Shown here piece by piece: positions 1 to 13,714 of a stretch of 64,000 bases of DNA. The DNA is taken from the NCBI GenBank assembly GCA_951406725.2, contig OX597822.1:47616001-47680000 (forward strand), written 5' to 3'. Each line of letters begins with the position of its first letter. The stretch's first letter is position 1. Below the pieces are notes generated by a model, which saw only the letters and a list, made by a program, of their open reading frames with translations, had not been told where the DNA came from and ran no database searches. The translations under genes and the position numbers were made by a program. Source of the stretch: Octopus vulgaris (taxonomy: Eukaryota).

Positions 1-780
1 TGCATGTCACTACTCACCGTTTTGAACTGCTAAATTGCACTTCCTTAATTTGAATCTTAAACCTTAAAGACTTCATTCATACATTTCTATACATACATAC
101 TTTTTTGAATGCCCATTACTCCGATAATTCTGTCTTTTTACAGTTACACTTTTTCCATGATAGTAGATAAATTTTTTATTTCACAGCATATTTGTAGTGG
201 CTCCATGCAGGCATAGCGTGGATTCGATCCTCGATCGCCAAATTTTATTTAACACTTCAACAGCGCTTTTCTCACTGTAAAACAATAGTTTTTCTGTGAA
301 TGACAGCAGTTATACATTTCCCAGATGCCTTCGCTAGGCAGAATAATGTCTATGCCGCTTGACCCTTCTAACCTCTTCTAGGCCATCACTGACTGGAATT
401 GAGATAACAGACCTCCAACGGAATCAAATGTTCTCAAAAATATGTCTATCCTTCTGGCTGCTATTCGGTAGTTATAAAAACAAGAACTCCGTAAGCTAAA
501 GGCAGTTACTGAGAGCAACCATCAGTGAGTGTGAACGCTATTATTGCACTTTCTTCAAACACTTCATTTATATATTTATATAACCTCTCTCACCAACCTC
601 CGACAATCTTTCTCGCCAACCTCCGAAAACCTCTCTCGCCAACCTCCAACAATCTCTCCCTCCTTCAGCTGACAGTTTTTTGTACTTTTTCGTGACGGAA
701 AATACACCTTTTGTGGCAGTTATGACGAAATTGCTTTCTTATTTCAGAGTAATAAGACATTTCAATAGAACATCTTTTAC

Positions 781-809
781 CCCCGGGAATTACCGGGTAC
801 ACCTGCTAG
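781..809 (+). mobile_element. Helitron-type 3' terminus (element probably extends upstream)
   Basis: GC hairpin CCCGG-GAATTA-CCGGG followed 8 nt later by CTAG|T. Same architecture at 12400-12426 and 46698-46725. Confidence 0.55.
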
Positions 810-874
810 TACCACCATACACGGTAATACTGTCATTGTTAATATATAAATGTATGTATATAATAAAGTGAAAT

Positions 875-1111
875 TTCCTTCCCGAGTCATATAGACTCAC
901 AAGGTTTCCCTGTTTCCATGGTGTATATAATTTCCACCTGGACGGGACGCCGGTCCGTCGCAGGATTACTCATTTTTGCCGGCTGGGTGGACTAGAGCAA
1001 CGTGAAATGAAGTGTTTTTCTCAAGAACACAGCGCATCGCCCGGTCCAAGAATCGAAATCAAAATTTTACGGTCATGAGTCCACGCCCTAACCACTAAGC
1101 CACGCACCTCC
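875..1111 (-). mobile_element. tRNA-derived SINE, family C (V-domain-like body)
   Basis: Minus strand reads GGAGGTGCGTGGCTTAGTGG (A box)...TTTCGATTC (B box-like)...TGCGACGGACCGGCGTCCCGTCCAGG. Homologous to 27542-27775 and 34423-34670. Confidence 0.8.
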
Positions 1112-1783
1112 ATAAGGTATGTATGTATACGTCGCCAAAATATTTGGCAAGATATCATCAGAGAATTATTCGGCGGAATATCACCTGACGAAATGGTGGT
1201 ATGTAATAATACGAACTTACATAATGTTAGCTATAAATTTGCGCAATTGTATTCGTATTTGGAATAAACATGTTATGGAAAAGCACGTAGTGATACCCTG
1301 ATATATCTACATTCGTTTATTCTTGTTGACTAATATTAATGTATTAACATATTTCCTTCTAACTTTGTTATTATAAAATTAGAAATATTGCATTTCTAAA
1401 TCTCTCAGAATGAGTTATGCAATAGCAGCCCGATAAAGTGATGGTTTGTTGCCAATTTAATGTAGCAGTCCCAGGAAAGAGAAGAATGCTACTGCTATTT
1501 AGCCCCCAAGAAACACCGTTTCTAGTTGGCTACGTGACACAAGCGTTCTGTGTCCTTAGGTTTTCAAACAGAGGAGATAAGCACCTCCACCCAACAAAGC
1601 TAAGTTTGATAAAATACTGTATGTACAGGCAATGCTATTTGCAAAGTCTTTTTGCTCAATTTCTTTTTTAGTTTTTTACATTTTCCACTCCATTTTACCT
1701 AACTTGATCCATCTATACTTTCTCCTTTTAACGCCCACAACTGATCCATATCTGCACGTATTTCTCTCTACTAATAAGACCTA

Positions 1784-1953
1784 CTGTATTTTCCGGTATA
1801 CATGTCGAATTTTTCAGACAAGCATTTGCAGTAAAAAACAGCAGGTCGACTTATACCCCTTCCATGTGAAATGGGGCAAGATTTGGAAAGACACTGGCGA
1901 TGTTTGAATGTTTACACTATATACCATGTCGGCTTGTTTGCTGGAAAATACAG
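1784..1953. mobile_element. Tc1/mariner-pogo type MITE
   Basis: TIRs CTGTATTTTCC / GGAAAATACAG flanked by TA on both sides. Confidence 0.65.
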
Positions 1954-2189
1954 TATCTCTTCTCCTCTATATCACCAATCTATATTTTCCTCTACCATTT
2001 GATATAAATATTTTTAACAATATTCTTTTTTTCATTTTCACTAATTTGAAAGCCCTGTAGTGCTTTCTAGAAGTGTTTCTTAATTTCCCTGATAATTCAG
2101 TCAACTTATCATTCATTTGAAAAAATAGCCTAAATGAAAGAGAATGCCTTATGAGTGGATTTGGTTGATGGAAATTGTATGGAAGCCCG

Positions 2190-2254
<65 letters not shown>

Positions 2255-2332
2255 ATTTACATATAAATAAAGCAGAAAATGGAGAAATCTTGATCAACAA
2301 CAATTGACTAACATCAATTATTATGTCTTATC

Positions 2333-2450
2333 CATCTAACAGCCGTTTCTGCTTCCAATGCCCTACGGTGTTGTCATTGAAAATTCTGAGAATAATATTC
2401 GTCATATTTTGTAACACATCCGATCCGGAACATGGAGCTTCATCAGAGTG
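2333..2450 (-). ncRNA. Degenerate Penelope-type hammerhead-like motif with extended stem II
   Basis: Minus strand: cact-CTGATGA-a-gctccatg...(about 70 nt)...cattggaagc-a-GAAAC-ggct-GTT-agatg. Confidence 0.4.
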
Positions 2451-2799
2451 AAGAAAATACATAAAGAAAAGAAAAGAGAAGAGGAAAAGCCTCGAGAGGA
2501 AGAATGAAGGTTGAATATATTTAAATCTTACTATTTTGCAGTGTAACGCTTCAGGACGTTGAGTAAATGACTGAACTAGAAATATTAATTGGTGGGTGTG
2601 TTAATCTTTCTTTAGAGGTAACAGGGAGTACACTCTATTATCCCTAAAGAAAGATTTGTTCAGCTCCCATCCTGTCTGACATCCAATGCTGGTTTGTTTA
2701 TGTCCCCGATAAAATAAGTATCATTTAAAAAAAAAATTTGTATTAGAGTCGATTTATTCGACTAAATAAATATACCCACATTCCATTGACTGTAACAAG

Positions 2800-2853
<54 letters not shown>

Positions 2854-3077
2854 TCAGCTCAGAGCTGTGGCCATGCTGATGCACCGCCGTTTTGCTACAC
2901 TGTTATTACTAAGAGCCTCCTCTAATATAATAAACAAATAACAAGAGATGGACACTTTACTTTAGTTAGTAAGTACGTATTTGTTGAAATACATCGTTTA
3001 TATACAATAGCACTGTTACCGACCTGACCTTGGGGCTGTCACTATTTAGGTACCTGATTCTTTTGGATTCCGGAAAT

Positions 3078-3079
<2 letters not shown>

Positions 3080-3163
<84 letters not shown>

Positions 3164-3220
3164 TGCGTGTGTGTGTGTGTATGTGTGTGTGTGTGTGTTT
3201 GTGCACGTGTGTGTGTGTGT
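3080..3220. repeat. (TG)n microsatellite
   Basis: Directly visible. Confidence 0.95.
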
Positions 3221-3409
3221 ACACAATGTTTAGTCAACCTTTGAGAAATTAATGCTTTTTACATTTTTAAGTAAATCTACTATTTTTAGTGACTTGGTTT
3301 TTTCCAAAATTTATATATATATATCACTAGGAAAACCCCAAAGTTATACTTATATAAGCATATCTCTTGTCAGTTAAGTCCACTTTGCCTTCAAAGGCCA
3401 AAAGAAAAG

Positions 3410-4390
3410 ATGGGGAAGGAAAGTAAAATTCCATCAGGGAAGCCAGCTCAGATTGAAATTTTGAAAAAAAGAGGGAAGTGTGAGAGGGAGATAGCAGCTG
3501 ATTTGTCTGTACATCCATCAACTGTTCCAAGAAGTCTAAAAAAAGAACTGACGAAACTGAAAATTATTCAAGCCGTGACCGCTCAGGAAGGCACCAACTC
3601 AAACTGATTATTTTATTCACCGCTTTGCGAGAGTAAATCCTTTCTTCCATGCAAGCGAGATACAAGCAGAGTTACAACATATAATAGCAATAATAAAACA
3701 CCACATTTATCAACAATTAATGATCGCTTGGTAAAAGACTTTAAACTCAGAGCATGTAAACCGGCAAAAAAACCCCCAAAAAAACCCCACAACGTCGGTT
3801 GAACAAGCAAAACATTCAAGATCGAATTAAATTTTGCAAAAGATATGAGTATTGGACACTAATCATGTTTACTAATGAAATATTAATTTCTCAGTACCAT
3901 AGTTACCAATCTCAAGTAAGAGGTGAGCGCCTGAACGGAAGGTATATGTCAGAAACTGCTCGTTCTGAACCTACAGTTATGATTTGGGCGGGGCAGGGTG
4001 GGCGCTATTTCAGTTCAGGTCAGATGTGGGTTACATTTTGTACCCAGAGGAGTAACTCGGAAAGCAAAAGATTATCGAGAAATTTTAAAGGTAAAAGTGC
4101 CAAGGTTGCTAGGAATTGCTCAATCGTGCGAGAAGATGGTACCCCAATCCACTCAAAGAATGGTTTAAAGAGCAACAGTTTTTTACCTCTTACAGGGATA
4201 ACCAGGAAACTCTCCCGATTTAAATTGCATTGAAAATTGTGGGAGTTTCCTTAAGAAAAAGCTTCCACAAAAGCAAACATCATATCACCAAGAAATGGCT
4301 GAGTTCAAGGAAATATGAGTAAGTGAAATAACAGCAGAATACTGCCAGAAGCTTGTGGAATCCATGACAATGAGAATAAAAGCAAACAGT
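3410..4390 (+). pseudogene. Decayed Tc1-family transposase
   Basis: N-terminal HTH (GKCEREIAADLSVHPSTV), VMIWAG, and PGNSPDLNCIEN at about 4202-4237 (Tc1 SPDLNPIE motif). Frameshifts and stops present. Confidence 0.85.
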
Positions 4391-4538
4391 TCATATATTA
4401 ATTGTCTATTCGTTTATTATTTATTACTAATTTCTTACTTGAGATATTCATTTTAATACAGTAAAATGTTTTTTCATTGAGTAAAATTTTTTTGTTATAG
4501 TTGTGTGTGTGTGTGTGCGTGTGCGTGTGTGTGTGTAT

Positions 4539-4782
<244 letters not shown>

Positions 4783-4857
4783 AAAATATGCTTCAACACT
4801 GGAATTCACATAAAGAATCTTGCAAACCAAATACAAAAACGAAATATTTATACATGC

Positions 4858-4920
<63 letters not shown>

Positions 4921-5259
4921 CTATAATACGAATTCGGTTAACTGAATAATAATTACGCTTAATTGTATTGCCTCGATTACAGAAATTATCATTCAATTAA
5001 CCGAATTCATATAATAGGTAATGAGCGACAAAATTTCGGTAAAAAATTAAAGGAGCAGAACGCAACATCTGATTGGGTTGAACCACTCAGGACGGCAAAA
5101 CACATAACTGTTTGATTTCTGTAGATGACATTTTTTCCTGTGTGAAAACCATTCCTGAGTGCCAGCTGTGTTACAGTAACCGACTGATGAAGTTAATAAT
5201 GATAAGAAATAACGATCCTTCCCGAGTCATATTGACTCTTCGCTGTTTCTGTGGCGTAT

Positions 5260-5590
5260 AGTTCCTCCCTGAGCATTATAAACTCATAGAGCCGGTTTCC
5301 TGGTTTCTCTGGCGTATATCTTCCCTCCTGGACGGGACACCATCCGTCGCAGGATTACTCTTTTACTTGTTTCAGTCATTTGACTGTGGCCATGCTAGAG
5401 CAACGCCTTTAGTCGAGCAAATCGACCCCAGGAGTTATTCTTTGTGAGCCTAGTACTTATTCTATCGGTCTCTTTTTGCCGAGCCGCTAGGTTATGGGGA
5501 CCTAAACACACCTTCATCGGTTGTCAAGTGATGTTGGGAGGGGGAGGGACAAACACAGACACACAAACATACAGACACACACACACACAC

Positions 5591-5627
<37 letters not shown>

Positions 5628-5877
5628 AGGGGCTTCTTTCAGTTTCTGTCTACCAAATCCACTCATAAGGCTTTGGTCGGCTCGAGGCTATAGTAGAAGA
5701 CACTTGCCCAAGGTGCCACGCAGTGGGAATTACTCATTTTCGTCAGATGAGTGGACAAAAGCAACGCGGATTGAAGTGTTTTGCCCAAGAACACAACGCA
5801 TCACCCGGTCCAGGAATTGAAACGACTATCTTACTATCATGAGTCCGACACACTAACCACGAAGCCACGAGCCTCCA
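5260..5877 (-). mobile_element. Family C SINE interrupted by a 5'-truncated family A SINE (about 5360-5727)
   Basis: Family C is split at ATTACTC, which recurs on both sides of the family A insert. Confidence 0.75.
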
Positions 5878-6080
5878 CGATGAAGTTAATGGCAACATAA
5901 AATAAATTGTAGGTTCATAGGAGATACTCAATGCTTTGTAATATTTTGTTTGGTATAATTTTAAATGGAACCGACATGAATTTATTCAAGGTCAATTCTG
6001 GTTATTTTTGACAAATTTAGAAATCATCTGAGTTCTTTGTCCCTTTAGCACTCAGAGTACTGTCAGTCAAATGTAACCCT

Positions 6081-6451
6081 TATTATTACTTCCGCCTTAG
6101 TGAAGGCGGAGATATTATTTTCAGTCGTGTTTGTTTGTTTGACCGTGGACAAGATATCTCAAAAACCGCGGGGTGGATTCGGATGAAACTTTCAAGGATG
6201 TTTTGACTCGTGACTGGCACAAACCGATAAACTTTTGGAATCATTCCAGTACCGGGCAAGGATTCTGGATTATTTTTACGGTTCTTTTCACTTAAGTTTT
6301 GAGAGCAGTCGGATTCATTTTCAGTATTCTCGTTTGTGAGAGTATTCGAGTTTATTTCAGATATTTTCATTTTAAAAACCATCTCTGGCTAATCGTTGAG
6401 AGGATGTTGTGTTGCCTTGGCGGAAGTCTGCGCTCTTTGAGTGCTCTTGTT
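6081..6451 (+). mobile_element. Helentron-associated non-autonomous element (HINE/DINE-1-like)
   Basis: 5' TCCGCCTT-AGTG-AAGGCGGA stem, (GTTT)n tract, 3' subterminal inverted repeat GGCGGAAGT and terminal stem GCGCTC-TTT-GAGTGC. Confidence 0.7.
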
Positions 6452-6519
6452 CACATTGTTTTCAATTAGTCATGCATTGTCTTCAGAGCTTTGAGAATTC
6501 AGTAATATGATACTTTTAT

Positions 6520-6717
6520 TCTTTTATTCTTTTACTTGTTTCAGTCATTTTCACTGCGAACATGTTGGAGCACCGCCTTTAGTCGAGCAAACCGACCCCA
6601 GTACTTATTCTTTGTAAGCCTAGTACTTATTCTATCGGTCACTTTTGCCGAACCGCTAAGTTACGGGGACGTAAACACAACAATATCAGTTGTCAAGCGA
6701 TGGTGAGGGGACAAACG

Positions 6718-6753
<36 letters not shown>

Positions 6754-6765
6754 TACATACATACA

Positions 6766-6847
<82 letters not shown>

Positions 6848-7005
6848 CGACGGGCTTCTTTCAGTTTCCGTCTACCAAATCCACACTCGCAAGGCTTTGG
6901 TCGTCCCGAGGCTATAGGAGAAGACACTTGCCTAAGGTGCCACGCAGTGGGCCTGAGCCCGGAACCACGTGGGTGGGAAGCTAGCTTCTTACCACACAGC
7001 CGCGC
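6520..7005 (-). mobile_element. tRNA-derived SINE, family A (CORE-like), near full length with internal microsatellite
   Basis: Homologous to the 62596-62900 copy. Tail ends in GACTGAAACAAGTAAAAGA. Confidence 0.85.
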
Positions 7006-7260
7006 TTCTTTATTTTTTGAATGACATTGTCGGGTAGATGGGAGAGGCCAAATATGTAACTAGTCTCACCATAAAACAGATAGAAAATGTGAATTGAATA
7101 TGGTGAATTTAAATGCAAAAGGGGTTAAACCGTCATACATTTCCACAGTTTTCGCCTAAACTATATGATTTCTTTTACCTCTGTGACATCTTGGATTATC
7201 AAAGTAACAAAGCACAAAAAATGGCGTAGGACCCTCAGGATTCAGGAAATGTGAAGCATA

Positions 7261-7470
7261 TCTATATAAATTTATTGTAAGAGCGGATTATGAGCCTGAA
7301 ATTAAAAGGACACTGTTTTTAAAAATTTAACTAAAAGCTGGTGACGTTACAAAATGGACTTTTAATAATATTTGTTTAAATATACCAAGAGTGGGGAAAA
7401 CCCCACCTGCGGGAGCAATTGCGCCCGCTAGCCCATTTTATTGCGCCCGCGTGATGGCATGTTCGTACGT
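7261..7470 (+). mobile_element. Possible short Helitron-like element
   Basis: A|TCTATATAAAT start and GC-rich hairpins (GCGGG...CCCGCTAG) at 7409-7460. 3' end degenerate. Confidence 0.3.
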
Positions 7471-7999
7471 ACAAAATATAGTAAATTTTTCAATTATAAA
7501 ATTTATACAATATTCGTCTGCCTATTTGCGACATAGGTCGCATTTCCACTACAACTTAAAACAGTTAGACTCAGATAGAAAATCATCCGGTAATTACCAT
7601 TTGAATGGAAATTTTTCAATATAAAACACATATTAATAGGTTTGTATCACCCCCTTGAGACCCAACTACACTCCAGCTGAAAAATATAGAATACCTCAAA
7701 AGTAATATAAATGTCTTTAATTCAGTAGTGGCGTTAATGAAGATGTTACGCGTTAAGTTTATGTCTTAAACTTTTCTTCGTTAATGTATATCGAATTATA
7801 CATATATACAAGAGTTACACAGATATAAGAGTTAGAACTTGTGATCTGCCCGCGGACATTTTTTCTTTTTGGAAATTTTTACCCGGCGCACTAAAATGTT
7901 TCCCCACCCATGAAATATACAATGAAAAAAAAAGGTTAATAAGGAATACAGTAAGACTAGGGAACTACTTGAATAGTAATAAAAGAAAAAGCATAAACA

Positions 8000-8151
8000 G
8001 TCGTGACTGTGTGGTAGGAAGTTTGCTCCACAGCAAGTTCCCAGGTTCAGTTCCACTGGGGGGACCTTGGGCAGGTGTCTTCTACAGTTACCTCGAGCCA
8101 ACAAAAGCCTTGTGAGTGGATTTGGTAGACGGAAACTGAAAGAAGCGCATC

Positions 8152-8212
<61 letters not shown>

Positions 8213-8410
8213 GTCAATGTTTGTTCCCTACAACCGTTTGACAACCGGTGTTGGTGCGTTTACGACCTCGTAATTTAGCTGTACGTCAAAAGAGACCGAT
8301 AAAATAAGCAGCTGGCCTTAAAAAAAACATAAATAGTGGGATCGATTCATTCGACCAAAAATTCTTCAGGCAGTGCCCCACCATATCCGCAGTAATGAAA
8401 AAAACTAAAA
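8000..8410 (+). mobile_element. Family A SINE
   Basis: GTGACTGTGTGGTAGGAAG head, GGTTCAGTTCCAC B box, CCTTGGGCAGGTGTCT core. Confidence 0.8.
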
Positions 8411-8949
8411 GATTAACAGAAAGAAGCAAAATATTAATACAATATTTAAAACAGCAAAGCTATTTACATATACAAGCATACCTCGGCTTAAGTCGTTTCG
8501 ATTTACCGCGTTCTCGATTATACCCCGGTTTTCAAAAATAATATATGGAAAAATAAAAATCAAGTTAAGTCATTTACTCGACTTTATGTCTGCCCGCCAC
8601 AAAAATTGGAAACGTAAAATCACAAGAAAACCACTAAAAGCACATAAAATCATGTTACTGTACAATAAATAAGAATAAAAGCATATAAAATCATACTAAA
8701 ATACGTACAGTAAATGTTAAGATAGACACCATAAAGTAATGTAGCTTAGTGAACGAAGTCATGAAATCAGATGAGTTGTCTTATTCATCGGTCTTTCGGT
8801 GCTCATGTTGCACTGTAGTTCCAATATCTACTGTTCGGTGTCGTTGTTATTTGTGATTCCCGCGAATGCTTTGAATTCAGATTTTTTTTACGTCTGTTTA
8901 TCGGCAAATTTCTCATTCTCATTCATTTGTGGCTTTATTTTTTACCCAC

Positions 8950-10627
8950 ATGGCTCCTAAGAAAATTCATAGTGAAAGTGCTAAGCGTCATGCTATAATG
9001 CTGGAAGATAAACTGGCTATGATAAAACGCCATGAAAGAGGTGAAAAAGTGGAAGCAATTGCACGATCTTTTGGGATGAGTCGGACAACTGTATCGACGA
9101 TTGTACATAACAAGGACAAGATCTTAGCACTTATCAAATCTGAAGCCCAGCGATGAAGAACACTGTCATCAATTAGAAAAGAGGCAAAATCTTTGAAGAA
9201 ATGGAAAGTCTTCTTTCTCTTTGGATTGTTAGGTTGAATCGTCAGCATGCTACTATAAGTCAAGAAATAATTTAAGAAGAAGCGTTTGTCTTTGTTTGAG
9301 GACCTGAAGAAAAAACAACCAGATGAGAAAGATGTAGAGTTCAAGGCAAGTCAAGGATAGTTCATGAGATGTAAGTAGCGAAGAAGGTATTAAGAAGCAA
9401 GATGAAAGTGCATCAGCTGACGAAGGTATTAAGAAGGTATTAAGAAGCAAGATGAAAGTGCATCAGCTGACGAACAAGCACCAGCGAATTTTCTAATGCA
9501 TTAAAGAAAATCATCGAAGAAAACGGGTTTCTTCCCGAACAGCTTTTTAACGTAGATGCAACTGGATTGTATTGGGAAAAAATTGCCAGACCATTCATTC
9601 ATTTCCAAGACGGAGAAAACTATTCCAGGCTACAAGGTCTCAATAAAACGTGTGACTATTATGTTGGAAGGTAATTGTGCAGGAGATTTTTAAAGTTAAA
9701 GCCTTTGCTTGTGCATCATGCACACAACCCCCGTGCCCTGAAGAACATACCCAAGGCATCTCTCCCTGTTATATGGATGGCTAATTCAAAAGCATAGGTT
9801 ACTGTTGTTGCTTTTGAAGATTTATCCCAGCAACAGAGAAGTACCGTAAGAAGGGGATTCCTTTTAAGGTTTTACTTATCTTAGATAATGCTCCTAGCCA
9901 CCCGCAAAACATTGTAGATTTTGACCTCAATGTTACCGTCGAATACCTCCCTCCGAGCACCACGTCTCTTCTGCAGCAATGGATCAGGGAATAATTTCTA
10001 TCTTCAAACGTTACTATATTAAGCGTACGCTGCGGCAAGCAATAGCTGCAACTGATCTTGATGAGTCCATCTCACTTCGTGACTTTTGGAAGAGATACGA
10101 TATCTACAAGGCTGTACAGAACATAGCAGCGCCATGGGATGATGAACAGAGCGCGGCTATGAATGGTGTATGGAAGAAGCTATGCCTGCAATTCGTGAAT
10201 GATTTTAAGGGGTTTGATAATGTTGCCATCAACAAAATGTTGGTGACTATGAGCAAAGAACTGGAAATGGATTTGGAGGAGGAGGATTTCACAGATTTAT
10301 TTGAAAAAGACAAGCAGCCCCTGACGAACGAAGATTTGATACAGTTTCACGAGTAGTAAAATAAAGAAGAAGAGGAAGTAAAACCCAAGCATTTGCAAAT
10401 ATCGAAAAAATCGTTTTATGTTTGAGGATATGGATCCAAATGCTCAACGCTTTTCCAATATTATGGGGGCTTGTCACGAAGCTTTTGCTCCTTACAATGT
10501 AATCCTTGAGAAAAGGGAGAAGACGGTTCAAGGAACTCTCAACCGGTTTTTTAAGTGCATCGAACAAGAACAGCCAGAGTCAGCTATTCATGTTGACGAT
10601 CCACAGCCATCTACATCCGCGATGTAA
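8950..10627 (+). pseudogene. Tigger/pogo (CENP-B-like) transposase, disrupted
   Basis: MAPKK...KLAMIKRHERGEKVEAIARSFGMSRTTVSTI HTH. Catalytic motifs FNVDATGLYW, VLLILDNAPSHP, YLPPSTTSLLQ/MDQGIISIFKRYY. Multiple stops and frameshifts. Confidence 0.92.
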
Positions 10628-11967
10628 ACCGCCAAACTGTATGTACGTACTGGTAAATTTAAAATAATTTTTTTTACTATTGAAAATTAATAAAAATTAC
10701 TAAATTTGCTTTTTAAGCATAAAAAATGCATTTATTTTACCATGTCTTATTGCAAACCGCATTCCTAAATAAAGCGTCTACGATATACGGTAAACACCGC
10801 CAAATGGTATTCGTAAATTTAGATTACTTTTTTTTTTTACTGTACTGTATTAAAAATTTAAATTATTTGTTTGTAAGCTTAAAATAGGTTTTTATTAACC
10901 AAGTATTATTGAATATGTATCTCTTATCTTATGATAAAAGGCAGATTTTCTCTGCCTGTTACCATGTTCCTTTTTAATACAATTCTACAATATAGAATTT
11001 CTTCAATTGGAATTTACCTATGATTTTTCGAAGTAGATTCGATTGGGTCATGGCATATAAAGTTTATTTCAATTTGACCCCCAATTAAGCAAAAATTCGA
11101 GAAAACTCAATATTTTACGATTTGCCTCTCTCATTTCAAGTGGTTTACTCCTGCTATTACCACCACACTTTCTCCTACTTTCTCTTTGCAAGTGTGAAAC
11201 TATTAAAGAGAAAGTATTATATAACAGGGATGAGCCATTAATACTGGTCATCCTTTTTGCTAGAGGAAGATCCGCTATGGTCTTATATGCTACACCACTG
11301 GTTTTCAATTCATATTAATCAAATTAATATTCAATTTTTCACCCTTATTATATGTGTGTGTGTGTGTGTGTATTAGCAATTCGTATAAAATTGCATCAAT
11401 GACTTGAACTTGAATAAGTGGTTTCACATAAATGGGGATAAATTAAAAAGGTTTGTTGTTATTATTATTACTGTTTGACTATTGTAATCACGTTTGTTGG
11501 TTCCCCGTCAGGGAAACGTTGTTGTGTTGCATTTGTTAAATAATTGTAAACCGTAACCCTCCCCTTTCGGAGAAGAGGCTTTGGTTATTGTTTAAAAATT
11601 GAATTGTGTCCCTGTTTGGGGAAATTCACAATATTTTCACCGTCTTTACGGAAGCATTTTTGTTAAAATGCCTTCGATAGAAGAAAGTCCAAAAATGAAT
11701 TTCGCTGCAGCCGTACACTTCTATACAAGAGGGAGGACAAGATCTAATTGATCGAAATTGCAAGAGACGGGCCTACAATTCCAGTCTGTTATATATTTTG
11801 AGTATTGTTATCACTAGCGATATCAAGATATAACTTTGTATTTTGTATTTTATGTGTAGATGTATATATATAGATGTACATGTAATATGTACACATATAT
11901 ATACACATATATACATGCATAATATATCTACCCATACACACATACGCACACACAGACACATACATAG

Positions 11968-12100
11968 GGGCAGGTGTGGCTGTGTGGTAACAAACTACGT
12001 TCCAAACACATGGTCCTGGGTTCAGTCCCACTGTGTGGTGACTTGGCATGTGTCTTCTGCTGTAGCTTCAGACCAACAAAAGCCTTCTCAGTGGATTTTG
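11968..12100 (+). mobile_element. Family A SINE 5' part, nested in the Tigger element
   Basis: GGCAGGTGTGGCTGTGTGGTAA...GGGTTCAGTCCCACTG. Confidence 0.8.
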
Positions 12101-12351
12101 TACTTATATACAGGCATACATACATATACATGCATACGTACATATTCGGCATAAACACTCTACCACTACAACTAATAACTGTTGGGAACACTTTCAAACC
12201 TGCCTTACATGGAACATTGTTTACAACGAGGTGTTATAATCTCAACAGCCAGGAGGTATATACATGATCCCCTTTTTTTTAACAAACTTCATGTACTTTC
12301 ATGTATTTATATTAATATACATATATTTGTGTGTGTGTGTGTGTGTGTGTA

Positions 12352-12426
12352 TCCATATATATATATAACAGAAAAGTCTAATTCTTCTAGTGAATGTAAC
12401 CGGGCAACGCCGGGTATCTCTGCTAG
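12352..12426 (+). mobile_element. Candidate 75-bp mini-Helitron
   Basis: A|TCCATATATAT...CCGG-GCAACG-CCGG hairpin...CTAG|T, sitting between A and T with no TSD. Confidence 0.5.
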
Positions 12427-13714
12427 TTCATAAATAAAGTACAGAACTGGGAAAGGTTATTATCGGTTTAGCCTAGAGACAAGTAAATTCAGCCTAGCCT
12501 AGAGACAAATTAATTCAACTTAAGTCGTGTCTCCTGGAACCAATTAACGACGTAGGGTGAGGTATACCTGTATTCTTTTAGTCTTTCATTCGTTTCATCC
12601 CAAAAGGCAGTGGCCATATTGGGGCACCGAAAGTCTGTGATGGGAATATGTGAAGGTTACATTATTGTTATCAAGCTCTGCGTGTACTTAGATGCAGTAT
12701 CGCAGCTAGGGATGGGGCGATGGGGATGGTCCGCTTCGATCAGTGTTTTTATGAGGGTGGAACTTTGGGGGGCAACAGTATAAATCTGTTGGGGGAGCAG
12801 GATGCGGCAAACTCAAAGAGTGCCCTGGGTAGCACACAATCTAGCTACGCTATTGGTTAGAATTTGTTTACAAAAGTAACTTAGTCCAGAATCATTCGAC
12901 TATCACTCGTCCAATTGTTTGTCTTCCTCGTCATCTGACTCCCCAAATTCAAATTTAGGTTCTGCATCATCCTACAATTTTTGGTTATTGCTGGTCTGTT
13001 ACGTGAACATGTCGGTGCATGTGAGTCCATTTAATAGACACATACAGCTTTGCATTTTGTATAGACACATTCACTTGCATGTTAACAGATCCAAGACCAC
13101 ATCTGGCATGGGTGGGGAACACATCTGTTAAATGGTCAGTGTGCCTTCATCGCCTATTCATCTATACTCAGCAAGTCCTTGGCCGCAGAGTTAACCAACA
13201 AAGAACACTTCCAGATGGCTGTCTTAGCTACACAAGGAGACAGTCTCTCTGTAGTGAGATCTAGCTGAATTCGAACTCTCTATTTGAGAGCGAAAGAAGG
13301 TCCGGTAACTCAGTTCACTGACTTCCTCAGTATCGCTATGAGGCAATATATATACGAGTAAACTTCTGTGTTTTCAGCTCATCGCTCATATTTCACGGCT
13401 GTCCAAGTCGATTAAACGTCTCCTAGTAGGAAGTGCGGTTTCTTATCTTTAGTGCATTCAGCTTCACTCGATCGGTGAATGCTCTGTGAATTTCACAACA
13501 TGTGAAGGTCTGTAAAATAATTATGTTGGTACAAGCGCTGCGTCTAGGTGAACTTGGCAGTTTGTTGCTGTCGACAAGCTGCATGCGGTCCTGTGCCACA
13601 CATTCTGACAGACGGATCAGGTAGTGTTCTTCTGGACACCAAAACAAATCAGAATAACATTTAGCGTCTTCAAATGTGATGATAACTGCTTTAGAACTAA
13701 CAAACGTAGAACTC

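Larger units (their letters stand above)
6041..7124. mobile_element. piggyBac-like MITE carrying two nested insertions
   Basis: CCCTTTAGCA at left and TGCAAAAGGGG-TTAA at right. Left TTAA is not intact. Confidence 0.45.
8473..12570 (+). mobile_element. Tigger/pogo DNA transposon, full extent with nested insertions
   Basis: TA-CAAGCATACCTCGGCTTAAGTCG at left and CGACGTAGGGTGAGGTATACCTG-TA at right (17/23 inverted match; Tigger-type CAGGCATACCTC terminus). Confidence 0.7.
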
